Part shown: positions 40,783 to 50,425 of the stretch, piece after piece | Layout: each line of letters begins with the position of its first letter | Numbering within the stretch: the stretch's first letter is position 1 | Assembly: GCA_040905925.1 (NCBI GenBank) | Contig: JBBDQO010000019.1 | Span: forward strand, 1-55,538 | DNA: 55,538 nt | From: Acidimicrobiia bacterium | GTDB lineage: Bacteria; Actinomycetota; Acidimicrobiia; Spongiisociales; ZC4RG35 | Reading direction: 5' to 3' | Notes under the pieces: generated by a model | Seen by the model: only the letters and a program-made list of their open reading frames with translations | Told to the model about the DNA's origin: nothing | The model's database searches: none | Program-made: the position numbers and the translations under genes

Positions 40783-42066
40783 ATGGCGGACGCGGTTCTC
40801 CGGTTTGGAGACAAGGAACTCTCACTCCCCACCGTTTCAGGCACGGTGAGCGAAGTGGGGATGGAAATCTCCGGCATCCGCTCCGAGCTGGGCCTGATCA
40901 CCATCGACCGTGGGTTCGCCAACACCGCCGAAAGCACGTCCTCCGTCAGCTACGTGGGGGGCGAGGAAGGAGTCCTCAGCTATCGGGGCTACCCCATCGA
41001 GCAGCTCGCCGACCAGGCGTCTTTCATCGAAGTCGCCTACCTCCTCCAATACGGGGAGCTGCCGACGAAAGACCAACTCGAGGGGTACGAGGAGAGCATC
41101 ACCCGCCACACCCTGCTCCGGGAAGACGTGAAGCACCTCTTCGAGGCCTTCCCCCATTCGGCGCATCCGATGCAGATCCTGGCCTCGGCCACCTCCGCCC
41201 TCGCCACCTACTACCCCGATGCCCTCGACCCTCTCGACGGGGAATCGGTGGACATCAGCGCCCGCCGCCTCATCGCCAAGACACCGACGATGATCGCCTG
41301 GTCCTACAAGTACCGGATGCATCAGCCTTACGTCTATCCGGACAATGAGATCGACTACGCGTCCAACTTCTTGAAGATGATGTTCTCGGTTCCGGCGGAG
41401 AATTTTCAGCCCGACCCAGTCATCGCCAAGGCGCTCAACATGCTGCTCATCCTCCACGCCGACCACGGCCAGAACTGCTCTTCCTCCGCGGTCCGACTTG
41501 TGGGGTCAGGCCAGGCCAATATCTTCAGCTCGGTATCGGCCGGCATCCATGCCCTCTCCGGGCCTCTCCACGGCGGTGCCAACGAGCAGGTACTGAACAT
41601 GCTCGACATGATCGTTGCCAGTGGCAAAGACGTGTCCACCTTCGTCGATCGAGCCAAGGACAAGGACGATCCGTTCCGCTTGATGGGATTCGGTCATCGT
41701 GTCTACAAGAACTTCGATCCCAGAGCCCGAATCATCAAGACAGCTTCGGATGACGTGCTGAACGCCCTGGGCATCGACGACCCCCTTCTCGAGGTCGCGC
41801 TTCATCTCGAGGAGGTAGCGCTCTCCGACGACTACTTCATCAGTCGAAAGCTGTATCCGAACGTCGACTTCTACTCAGGGATCCTCTATCGGGCGATGGG
41901 CTTTCCCACCGACATGTTCACGGTCCTCTTCGCCCTGGGACGTCTCCCCGGTTGGATCTCGCAATGGCGCGAGCTGATGTCCGACTCCGAGACCAAGATC
42001 TTCAGACCACGCCAGGTCTACGTCGGGGCCGCTCCGCGGGACTTCGTGCCGCTCGACGAGCGCTGA
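40783..42066 (+). CDS. gltA: Citrate synthase (type II-like)
   Basis: YRGYPIEQLA, LHADHGQNCS, GPLHGGANE, RLMGFGHRVYKNFDPRA, YPNVDFYSG. Confidence 0.96.
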   Translation: MADAVLRFGDKELSLPTVSGTVSEVGMEISGIRSELGLITIDRGFANTAESTSSVSYVGGEEGVLSYRGYPIEQLADQASFIEVAYLLQYGELPTKDQLEGYEESITRHTLLREDVKHLFEAFPHSAHPMQILASATSALATYYPDALDPLDGESVDISARRLIAKTPTMIAWSYKYRMHQPYVYPDNEIDYASNFLKMMFSVPAENFQPDPVIAKALNMLLILHADHGQNCSSSAVRLVGSGQANIFSSVSAGIHALSGPLHGGANEQVLNMLDMIVASGKDVSTFVDRAKDKDDPFRLMGFGHRVYKNFDPRARIIKTASDDVLNALGIDDPLLEVALHLEEVALSDDYFISRKLYPNVDFYSGILYRAMGFPTDMFTVLFALGRLPGWISQWRELMSDSETKIFRPRQVYVGAAPRDFVPLDER

Positions 42067-42067
42067 A

Positions 42068-42559
42068 TCAGACTGCGGGAACGTCCTCCAGGTAGGGCTC
42101 CTCGGCCAACTTCCCCGTTACGGCGTCGACCACGACCAGAGCGCGTCTGTCCGGGGGCTCGGCTGCCGAGTAGAGGACGACACTCCATCTCGGCACAGAG
42201 CGGATCCCGCGGAAGGTGACTGCCGCCGAGGCGTGACCGACCGGGAAGTCGACCGCCGATCCGGCGATGGCGAGGGCCTTGTGCTCATCGATGTTGAGCG
42301 GCCACGATGAGGCGAATTGCCAGAGGGCAAGGGCGACGAAACCCAAGGCAGGGATCCACCCGTCATCGAGGAGTAGCAGGGTGAAAGCAGCGCCCGCCAC
42401 GAATACCCAACCGGCGACCCGACGACGCATCGGAGAGGGGAATCGGTAGGGGCCGACCATATTGGAGTCCAACTCCTCCTCGATCGAGATGGAGTCGGCC
42501 AGATCGCGCTCGATGTGGATCCCTTCTCGATCGACCCGGGGTGGTTCGGGCTCGGTCAC
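42068..42559 (-). CDS. Hypothetical membrane protein coupled to thrS
   Basis: GTG overlaps thrS stop; two TM segments; coding-like composition. Confidence 0.7.
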   Translation of the reverse strand: MTEPEPPRVDREGIHIERDLADSISIEEELDSNMVGPYRFPSPMRRRVAGWVFVAGAAFTLLLLDDGWIPALGFVALALWQFASSWPLNIDEHKALAIAGSAVDFPVGHASAAVTFRGIRSVPRWSVVLYSAAEPPDRRALVVVDAVTGKLAEEPYLEDVPAV

Positions 42560-44490
42560 GACCTCGGTCTCCCCGCCAGATCCACCAGGCGATTGGTGGC
42601 CTCGATCAGCGAAATCCCACGGGTGTCCTTGTCCTCGCCGTACATCCGCAGCCCCACCGTCGAGTCTTTCAGGTCCTGGTCTCCAACCACGATTACAGCC
42701 GGGTGCTTCTGACTGAGCGCCCGGCGGATCTTCTCTCCCACCGTTTCCTCGCTCTCGTCCACCTCCACCCGAAGCCCGGGATCGCGCAGCTTGGCGGCAA
42801 CCGACCGGGCGTATTCGTGATGCCGGTCGGCCACCGGGACCACCGATACCTGGACCGGCGCCAGCCATATCGGGAAGGCGCCGGCGTAGTGCTCGACGAG
42901 GACAGCCACGAATCGCTCGATCGATCCTGCCTTGGCGCAATGGATCATGTACGGGCGCTCTTGGATGTTCCCCGAGGCCGTGTACTCCAACCCGAACCGC
43001 TCGGGGAGAGTGAAGTCGAGTTGGATGGTCGAGATCTGCCACCGGCGCCCGATCGCATCCTTGACATGGACGTCGATCTTGGGCCCGTAGAACGCCCCTT
43101 CCCCTTCTGCGATCCGATATTGGACCCCCTTGAGCTCGAGCGAGTCGGCCAATGCCTTCTCGCTCACCTCCCAAAGCGCCTGCTCGCCCACCGACTTGTC
43201 GGGCTGGGTGCTCAAGTCGGCATCGAATTCGGTGAATCCGAAGTCACGAAGCCAGGTGAGCACGAAGTCGAGATGTCGATCCAGCTCCGCCGGGAGCTGC
43301 TCGTGGGTGCAGAAGGTGTGTGAGTCGTCCTGGGTGAAACCCCTGGCCCGGAGCAGACCGTGAACCACACCCGATTTCTCGTATCGGTACACGCTGCCCA
43401 ACTCGGACAGGCGAATCGGCAGGTCACGGTAGGAACGGCCCTTACTCTTGTAGACCAGGATGTGGAACGGGCAGTTCATCGGTTTCACCCGGTACTCCTG
43501 ATCGTTGTCGAGCTCCATCCCCGGATACATGCTCTCTTCGTAGTAGTCGAGATGACCCGACGTCCCCCACAGCTCGGACTTGGCCAGATGCGGGGTGAAC
43601 ACGAACTCGAACCCAAAGCGCTCGTGCAGGGTGCGGCTGTGGTCCTCGATGATCTTGCGCAGCATCCCGCCTTTGGGGTGCCAAACGCTCAGACCTGAGC
43701 CCAACTCGGTGGGGAAGCTGAACAGGTCGAGCTCGGGGCCGAGGCGGCGATGGTCCCTCTTCTCGGCCTCCTCGAGGCGGTTCAGATGCTCCTCGAGCTG
43801 GCTCTGCGACGGCCATGAGGTCCCGTAGATGCGCTGCAATTGCTCACGGTTCTCGTCGCCGCGCCAGTACGCCCCCGAGCTCCTCAGCAGTCTGAACGCC
43901 GGGATCCGGGCCGTGGAGGGGAGGTGTGGGCCACGACACAGGTCGACGAAGGCCCTATTACGGTAGAGGGTCACCTGTTCGCCGGCAGCCCCCTCATCCG
44001 GGTCGACCCCCTCGATGATCTCTCTCTTGAAAGGATGGCCGGCGAAGACCTCGAGGGCTCTCTCCCTGGAAACGGCCTCTCGCTCAAAGGGTTGATCAGC
44101 GGCGATGATCTCTTTCATCCGTTGTTCGATGCCCTCCAGATCCTCCGGGGTGAATGGCTGATCGACCTTGAAGTCGTAGTAGAACCCATCTTCGATGGCG
44201 GGGCCTATCGCAAAGGTCGAGCCTTCGAAGAGCCCGAGCACCGCCTGTGCCAGGACATGCGCCGTGGAATGGCGGAGCACGTCGAGGCCCTCCGGACTTT
44301 CGAGTGTCACCACGGCAAAATCCCCGTCATCCTGGATCGGACGAGCCAGATCGACCAGTTCCCCGTTGACCTTTGCCGCAACCGCGGCCTTGGCCAGTCT
44401 GGGCCCTATCGACTCGGCGACATCCAACGCAGTAGCCCCGTCGGCATGTTCGACGACGCTCCCGTCTGGATAACGAAGCTCTATTGGCAC
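42556..44490 (-). CDS. thrS: Threonine--tRNA ligase
   Basis: TGS domain, HSTAH, DLCRGPH, KPMNCP, RYEKSG, GAFYGPKID. Confidence 0.98.
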   Translation of the reverse strand: MPIELRYPDGSVVEHADGATALDVAESIGPRLAKAAVAAKVNGELVDLARPIQDDGDFAVVTLESPEGLDVLRHSTAHVLAQAVLGLFEGSTFAIGPAIEDGFYYDFKVDQPFTPEDLEGIEQRMKEIIAADQPFEREAVSRERALEVFAGHPFKREIIEGVDPDEGAAGEQVTLYRNRAFVDLCRGPHLPSTARIPAFRLLRSSGAYWRGDENREQLQRIYGTSWPSQSQLEEHLNRLEEAEKRDHRRLGPELDLFSFPTELGSGLSVWHPKGGMLRKIIEDHSRTLHERFGFEFVFTPHLAKSELWGTSGHLDYYEESMYPGMELDNDQEYRVKPMNCPFHILVYKSKGRSYRDLPIRLSELGSVYRYEKSGVVHGLLRARGFTQDDSHTFCTHEQLPAELDRHLDFVLTWLRDFGFTEFDADLSTQPDKSVGEQALWEVSEKALADSLELKGVQYRIAEGEGAFYGPKIDVHVKDAIGRRWQISTIQLDFTLPERFGLEYTASGNIQERPYMIHCAKAGSIERFVAVLVEHYAGAFPIWLAPVQVSVVPVADRHHEYARSVAAKLRDPGLRVEVDESEETVGEKIRRALSQKHPAVIVVGDQDLKDSTVGLRMYGEDKDTRGISLIEATNRLVDLAGRPRS

Positions 44491-44581
44491 GGGTGATATC
44501 TCGCTAGCCTGAAGTGGGCCAGAGGCTAATTGCCTGCCAGACCAGTCTGGCCGGTCCTGTCAGCAACGAGGGGTACCAGGG

Positions 44582-45412
44582 ATGGATCCACGAGAGTTAG
44601 TTGCGAGTCTTCATCCGAGTGCGACGATTCGAGAGCTTTCTTCCGGGGCGAACAAGGTGTTCCGGGTGCTCGAAGCGGAGAACCAGAGCTCGATCATCAA
44701 GGTCTACCCCGTCGCCTCGCGTGAGCGCCGGGAGCGCCACGCCCTCGAAGCACTTGTCGCAGCTCCTTCGGTACCAAGGATCATCAATCACGGGCTGAGT
44801 GGCGAGATGGCCTGGCTCAAGACGACCGACGGCGGGCATTGGAACCTGGCCAACCTCCCCAAGAACCTCGACGCGGTGGAGGCCTCCGGCGCCGCCTTGC
44901 GCGGGATCCACACCTCCGGGGCACAGATCACCAACCTCGCTGCCGGAATCGACTCCGACTACGTGTTGAGTCACTATCGCTCGACCATCGAGCGTCTCGG
45001 TCGTTATCGAAGGCGCTTCGGCATGGAGCAGGTAGTGCTGGACAAGGCGCTGGAGCTCGAGCCGCCTCTCGCCACCACTCCGGTGCCTGCCCACACCAAA
45101 CCACTGTTGTCGAAGTTCGTGCTGGACGAGGAGGGCAACGTCACCATCGTCGACTGGGAGTGGGCAACCCTCGCTCCTTCCGAATGGGACCTGACACTCG
45201 CCGTCTGGCAATTGGCGCGCAACATAGGCGAGGACGCCGCTGCTTCCTTCCGGGCCGGCTATGGGGCCGAGTTGCCCGAGAGCCGGTACCGGCCGTGGGT
45301 CGCCTATCACTCCGCCATGATGATGCTCGAGGCAGCCGAGGTCCGGGAGGGCCGGCTGGGCAACCTCCAGTACCTGGTCGACGACCTCACCGAGGCCGTG
45401 CTCGGGACCTAG
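44582..45412 (+). CDS. Aminoglycoside-phosphotransferase-like kinase-fold protein
   Basis: LSSGANKVFRV, IIKVY, LRGIH, IVDWEWA...EWDL; catalytic loop atypical. Confidence 0.7.
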   Translation: MDPRELVASLHPSATIRELSSGANKVFRVLEAENQSSIIKVYPVASRERRERHALEALVAAPSVPRIINHGLSGEMAWLKTTDGGHWNLANLPKNLDAVEASGAALRGIHTSGAQITNLAAGIDSDYVLSHYRSTIERLGRYRRRFGMEQVVLDKALELEPPLATTPVPAHTKPLLSKFVLDEEGNVTIVDWEWATLAPSEWDLTLAVWQLARNIGEDAAASFRAGYGAELPESRYRPWVAYHSAMMMLEAAEVREGRLGNLQYLVDDLTEAVLGT

Positions 45413-45484
45413 CGCCCGCGAAATCCGCGAAATCCGACACCGTCAGCCTTAGCCTCTCCTCGCTGGAGCAAGGAGGACGGACTG

Positions 45485-45694
45485 GTGTTCGAAGCATTGG
45501 TTGCAGCGACCGCTACCACAGGTCTGTTCGCCCTGGCTAAGGGGATACGCGGCAATCATCAGTACAGGGTCGACCCTCAACTGGTGGTTACGCCACGGGA
45601 CGAGCGAGGCGACGATCTGCCATGCCCATGGTGTTATGGGCCTACCCAGGAGGAGGACGCCCGCTGCGCGGGGTGCGGCAACTCTTTTGGATGA
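45485..45694 (+). CDS. Small protein with N-terminal hydrophobic segment and C-terminal zinc ribbon
   Basis: Strong SD AAGGAGGA; CPWC-x10-CAGC. Confidence 0.65.
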   Translation: MFEALVAATATTGLFALAKGIRGNHQYRVDPQLVVTPRDERGDDLPCPWCYGPTQEEDARCAGCGNSFG

Positions 45695-46555
45695 TCACAA
45701 ACGATGTCGGAAGACCTCGCCGACCCGGTCCACGTTGAACCCGACTGACTGGTAGAGGCTCGACGCTGCTTTGTTTGACGCATCCCAATAGATCATGGTT
45801 ATCGCACTATGGCGTGCCGTGGTCAGGTACTCGATCCCTGCGGTGAGCAGTGCTCGGCCCAGCCCGCGCGCGGTGTGCGCCGGTCGGACGGCCAAGAGGT
45901 ATATCTCCCCAACTGAATCGGGATGGACCTTCGTCCAGCAGAATCCGGTGACGACGGTGCCCTGTCTCGTGACAAAGAGACCGGCCGGATCGAACCAGGT
46001 CTCCCGGAACAGGCTCTCCAACCCGGCGTGATCCCAATTCCCGGCCTTCAGATGATCCTCGAAGGCGAGATTGTTCACCTCGAGCAGCCCTTCGAAGTCG
46101 CGCTCCCGTTGAAAGAGGCCCACCTTGGCGGAGTTCGACGAGACAGGAATCGACCGGGCATCGGTAAATCCCCGGTTGATTACGCGCACTTGCTGCCATC
46201 CCCGGTCCGCGAGCTGCGCCCGAAGCCCGGCGTCCCACGTCAGCAGCTCGACACCCCGATAGCCCAATTGGACCGCCTCCGATTCGACCTCTTGCTCCGC
46301 CAGATCCCAGAAATCCGACATCGAGACCTGGTCCGGCACAGCCACCTCGACCATCCCGATTCCGACCCGCTTCGTTGGGCTGAGGGTCGCCAACCCGGTT
46401 CGGTCCTCCGATATCAACACCGCTGCGTGTCCCAGGCCAAGCTGAAGTCGCGTGTGCTCGCTCAGGGAAGGGTGGTGAGGGGAGTCGGACCAATCAGAAG
46501 CAAGCGATTCGACTTCGGCAAGCTCCGGCCCGGCGTCGACCCGGCGCAAAGACAT
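45695..46555 (-). CDS. mshD: Tandem GNAT acetyltransferase, mycothiol synthase MshD-like
   Basis: VNNLAF, WFDPAG, GFCWTKVH...GEIY, GLGRALL, DASNKAA..LYQSVGF. Confidence 0.7.
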   Translation of the reverse strand: MSLRRVDAGPELAEVESLASDWSDSPHHPSLSEHTRLQLGLGHAAVLISEDRTGLATLSPTKRVGIGMVEVAVPDQVSMSDFWDLAEQEVESEAVQLGYRGVELLTWDAGLRAQLADRGWQQVRVINRGFTDARSIPVSSNSAKVGLFQRERDFEGLLEVNNLAFEDHLKAGNWDHAGLESLFRETWFDPAGLFVTRQGTVVTGFCWTKVHPDSVGEIYLLAVRPAHTARGLGRALLTAGIEYLTTARHSAITMIYWDASNKAASSLYQSVGFNVDRVGEVFRHRL

Positions 46556-46602
46556 TCAAGGTACGGTACCGAAAAGGACGATTACTGTCCTATGGTGGAC
46601 CG

Positions 46603-47580
46603 GTGAACAGGGTAGGTCTGGTCCTCGGGGGCGGGGGCATAACCGGCGCGGCCTATGAGATGGCTGCGCTGATGACGATCCGCCTCGCCACCGGATGGGA
46701 GCCCAACAGCGCCGATGTTGTGGTAGGCACCTCGGGTGGCTCCTTTGTGACTGCTCTGGTGCGCAGTGACGCTCTCACCCTCGATTCCCTCGTACTCCCC
46801 ACCGATGACCGGGACGCAGTTGCAGGGCGTATCCGGAGTCACGTCTTCACCCGGGACCCTGGAGTCCAAGTCGGCCAATGGGTGCGTCACGGAATCGTGC
46901 CCGGTATCAGGAACCCAGGTTTGACCCTTTTCATGGGCTCTCCTGCCCCTTATCACGCCGAGGGCGTGGCCCGGTGGGTCGTTTCCCATGTCGGAGAGGA
47001 CAGGGCGTCGAAATGGCCCGACAAACCCACCGCGGTGGTCTCGTACGACGTCATGAATCGGAAACGGGTCGTGTTCGGCACCTCGTCCGCACCCGAGGTC
47101 GGCCTGGCCGATGCGGTGGCAGCGTCGTCAGCGATCCCATTGCTGTTCCGGCCCTATGGGATAGATGGCCGTATCTACGTTGATGGAGGCGTCAGCTCGG
47201 GCACCCATGCCGATCTCGTCTTGGGATCGGAGCGCCCCCTCGACCTGGTCCTCGTGCTCGCTCCGCTGGCCGCCGACGTCCAGAGGAAGCGAGCCCGGTT
47301 CCACGAGAAGGTGTTCGACAGGGCTGGACAACGATCGTTGACTGAAGAGATTCGATTGATCAAGGACGCATGGCCGAACAGCGACGTGGTGGTCCTCAGC
47401 CCCGCCCCGTCGGTCCAGAACGCAATGCGACCCAACCCGATGGATGCCTCTCGAGCAGTTGCCACCTTCACCCGTACCTTGATCTCGATGAAGCGGACGC
47501 TCGCTCGACCCGAGTTGTGGGAGTTGTTGGACCATCATCTCAGGAAACGGGTCAGGGCCAGAAAGGTCGCCAGCGTCTAA
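46603..47580 (+). CDS. Patatin-like phospholipase
   Basis: LVLGGGG, GTSGG (GxSxG), ASSAIP, YVDGG. Confidence 0.9.
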   Translation: MNRVGLVLGGGGITGAAYEMAALMTIRLATGWEPNSADVVVGTSGGSFVTALVRSDALTLDSLVLPTDDRDAVAGRIRSHVFTRDPGVQVGQWVRHGIVPGIRNPGLTLFMGSPAPYHAEGVARWVVSHVGEDRASKWPDKPTAVVSYDVMNRKRVVFGTSSAPEVGLADAVAASSAIPLLFRPYGIDGRIYVDGGVSSGTHADLVLGSERPLDLVLVLAPLAADVQRKRARFHEKVFDRAGQRSLTEEIRLIKDAWPNSDVVVLSPAPSVQNAMRPNPMDASRAVATFTRTLISMKRTLARPELWELLDHHLRKRVRARKVASV

Positions 47581-47641
47581 TCGGTTGCGTTCTCCATTCT
47601 GTGTTCTACGTTCTACCTATCAATAAACAGGAGGAGCCCCG

Positions 47642-48001
47642 GTGCCGGTTCGCCCCACACATTTCGAGTTCTATTCGGCCGACCCCAAGGCGACCGTTGA
47701 GTTCCTGATCAAGGCTTTCGGCTGGCAGGCGCACCAATGGGGCGATCAGGAATATTGGCTTCTCGACACCGGCGACGGGCCCGGAATCAACGGAGCAGTG
47801 GCTCGCGCCGGTGAGGACGGCCCCAAGACTCTGACCACCTGTGATGTCGAGGACCTGGATGCCGCCATCCAGGCTGTCGAGATCAGTGGAGGAACCCTGC
47901 TCACCGATGTCATCGAGTTGCCAGCGGTTGGCCGCTGGGTAGAGGTCGAAGGCCCGGGAGGAGAGGTCTTCGGCTTGATGGAGGCCGTGACCCCAACCTG
48001 A
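47642..48001 (+). CDS. VOC/glyoxalase family protein
   Basis: THFEF, FGW, GINGA, DVEDLD...GG, GEVFGLM; AGGAGG SD. Confidence 0.88.
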   Translation: MPVRPTHFEFYSADPKATVEFLIKAFGWQAHQWGDQEYWLLDTGDGPGINGAVARAGEDGPKTLTTCDVEDLDAAIQAVEISGGTLLTDVIELPAVGRWVEVEGPGGEVFGLMEAVTPT

Positions 48002-48931
48002 TCAGGCGACTGAGGCGGGGTCGGTGTTGGCGCCTGAGATCACCGCGACGATCCGTTCCCCTCGGTGCGGGAAGTAGGCGCCGGAGGCGAGCGCCGCGAC
48101 TGTGGTAGCCGCAGCCGGTTCCGCCACGATCCGGCAGGTCTCCCAGAGCCATTGCTGGGCATCGACGATTTGGGCGTCGGCGACGAGAACCGAATCGTCG
48201 ATCCAGCGGTTGGCGTACCAGGCATGTTCTCCGACTCGGGAGGCCCCCAGAGCCGACGCGGCGATCCCCCCGACGCCGGCTTCCACAGGCTCGCCGGCGC
48301 GACGTGCCTCGAACAAGGAGGGGCACGACTCGGGCTCCACCGCCACCACATTTCCGTCATCCCGGATCCAACTCGCAATCCCGGCGATCAGGCCCCCGCC
48401 GCCGACGGCCACCAACACGGTGTCGAGGCTCGGGAGGTCTTCGAGGATCTCTCTTGCACAGGTTCCCTGCCCGGCAACGACATCCGCCTGGTCGTAGGCG
48501 TGAGCCTGAAATGCACCGGTGTCCGCTGCCCAGGCGATGGCCGCATCCATGGCCTCGGGGTAGAAGCCGGGAACGGACCGGACATCGGCTCCGTATGCCG
48601 CGATTCTCCCTACCTTCTCCTGTGGCGAGGTCTCGGGGACGAAGATCGTCGCTCGATACCCGAGATCCCGAGCAGCGCACGCCACTGCCAACCCGAAATT
48701 GCCTCCGGAGGCTGCCACTACCCCTGGCTCCGGGATCTCTGCCGCCGTCATCAACGAGAAGGCGCCCCGCACCTTGAAAGACCCGGTTCGCTGCAAGGTC
48801 TCGAGCTTCAGGATCAAGTCGTAACCGGCGCCATGGACGTCGCCGAGCTCGATCAAGGGTGTGCGGCGGATATGGCTCTCGATGCGGCCCGCCGCCGCCA
48901 CGATTTGGTCGCGGGTCACTTCGGTTGTCAC
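48002..48931 (-). CDS. PLP-dependent serine/threonine dehydratase family protein
   Basis: RRTP, KLETLQRTGSFKVRGA, ASGGNFG, AVGGGGL, SGAN. Confidence 0.9.
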   Translation of the reverse strand: MTTEVTRDQIVAAAGRIESHIRRTPLIELGDVHGAGYDLILKLETLQRTGSFKVRGAFSLMTAAEIPEPGVVAASGGNFGLAVACAARDLGYRATIFVPETSPQEKVGRIAAYGADVRSVPGFYPEAMDAAIAWAADTGAFQAHAYDQADVVAGQGTCAREILEDLPSLDTVLVAVGGGGLIAGIASWIRDDGNVVAVEPESCPSLFEARRAGEPVEAGVGGIAASALGASRVGEHAWYANRWIDDSVLVADAQIVDAQQWLWETCRIVAEPAAATTVAALASGAYFPHRGERIVAVISGANTDPASVA

Positions 48932-48991
48932 TTGTCCCAGGCTAGAAGCGACCCCGAGGAACCGTGACCGCCTCGTCCTCGTTTCACCCCA

Positions 48992-50425
48992 ATGGAAGGA
49001 ACCACCCGGCCGTCAGGCTCTCCCTTCCTCGCCGCCACGGCTTCGGCCGCGGTTCCGGGTTGGGGCCAGATCCGGGTCGGCAAACGTCGAATCGGATGGG
49101 CCCTGCTTTCCGGGACCCTCGTCGCCACCGCTACGTTCGTCACCGTGGGATTGGCCGAGGGCACCCTCGGGATCGTCTCATGGCTCCTGGATCCCGATTT
49201 CCTCCTTGCGTTGGTGATCCTCAACCTTGTGGTGGCGCTGGTTCGGGTGTGGGCCACCACCGATGCCTGGAGGGCAGCCGGGGGACGATGGGCTGGCGTC
49301 GGCCTGCTCGTGCTCCTGACCTTCGTCGGTCTCCCCCACGCCGCCCTCGGTTACTACGGCTTGAAGAGTCGATCAACGATCAATGCCACCTTTCCCAGCG
49401 GTCCCCAGCCCACGCCGCCCGTGACCATGGCCACCATCTCTTCGACGACCACCCTGCCGACTACCACGACCACCTATGTGGAGTGGGGGTCCCTATTGCC
49501 GCCAGTGACCGCCTCGACAACAACCACGGCCCCCACGACCACCACGACGCTTCCCCTTGGAATGACACGAATCACGGTGCTTCTCCTCGGCGGGGACGCC
49601 GGGCCGGGTCGCTCGGGATTGAGGACGGACACGATCATCGTCGCCTCGGTCGACACCATCACCGGAGAGGCGGTGCTGTTCGGTCTTCCCCGCGACATGA
49701 TGGGATTCACCTTCTCCGATGGCACACCGTTCCCCGGATTGGGCAAGGGGCTCCTCAACGAGGTCTACCAGTGGGGAAACCGCCACCCTGAGGCCTTCGG
49801 AGGGATCGATCCCGGAGCCTCGGCGGTCAAGGACGTTGCAGCTCACCTGCTTGGGATCCCCATCGACTACTTCGTCCTGGTCGACATGACCGGATTCGCC
49901 GAGATCGTCGATGCGATGGGCGGAGTCACCGTCTCGGTGGGCAAGGATGTGATCGCACCGATCTACAACAGGGAGAACGGCACCCATGTGATGACCACCA
50001 TCCCTGCCGGTAGCCAGCTACTGGATGGCGACCTGGCGCTGGCCTACGCTCGTAGCCGAACCGGGAGCAACGACTACTCGCGCATGGCGCGTCAGAGGTG
50101 TGTCCTGACCGCCCTGGCGGAGCAGATTGACCCGTTGAGCCTGCTCCCCCGACTCGGAGACCTCTTGGACACGGTGAGAGAGAACCTGACAACCGACATC
50201 CCGCCAGAGCAGATCCCGGCTTTGGTGAATCTGGCACCGTTGCTCAGCTCGGAGCGGGTCTTGGTGGTCGGTTTCGACCGGCGTTACCGTCTCGGCACCG
50301 TGGCCGAGGACTCGCTTCGGCCCGATGTCGACCGGATCAGAGCCGCCGTGCAACAGGCAATCACCGACCCAACCGCAATCGACCCCGGGTTGGGGCTGAC
50401 GGCGGCGGCGGAGGCTTGTCAATGA
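48992..50425 (+). CDS. LytR-CpsA-Psr (LCP) family cell-wall ligase
   Basis: N-terminal TMs, Thr-rich linker, LLLGGD, RTDTI, LPRD, ALAYARSR, DYSRMARQ. Confidence 0.9.
   Translation: MEGTTRPSGSPFLAATASAAVPGWGQIRVGKRRIGWALLSGTLVATATFVTVGLAEGTLGIVSWLLDPDFLLALVILNLVVALVRVWATTDAWRAAGGRWAGVGLLVLLTFVGLPHAALGYYGLKSRSTINATFPSGPQPTPPVTMATISSTTTLPTTTTTYVEWGSLLPPVTASTTTTAPTTTTTLPLGMTRITVLLLGGDAGPGRSGLRTDTIIVASVDTITGEAVLFGLPRDMMGFTFSDGTPFPGLGKGLLNEVYQWGNRHPEAFGGIDPGASAVKDVAAHLLGIPIDYFVLVDMTGFAEIVDAMGGVTVSVGKDVIAPIYNRENGTHVMTTIPAGSQLLDGDLALAYARSRTGSNDYSRMARQRCVLTALAEQIDPLSLLPRLGDLLDTVRENLTTDIPPEQIPALVNLAPLLSSERVLVVGFDRRYRLGTVAEDSLRPDVDRIRAAVQQAITDPTAIDPGLGLTAAAEACQ

Noticed and set aside
44491-44581. T-box or attenuator upstream of thrS
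   Set aside because: Only about 90 bp of divergent intergenic DNA, with no T-box motif visible
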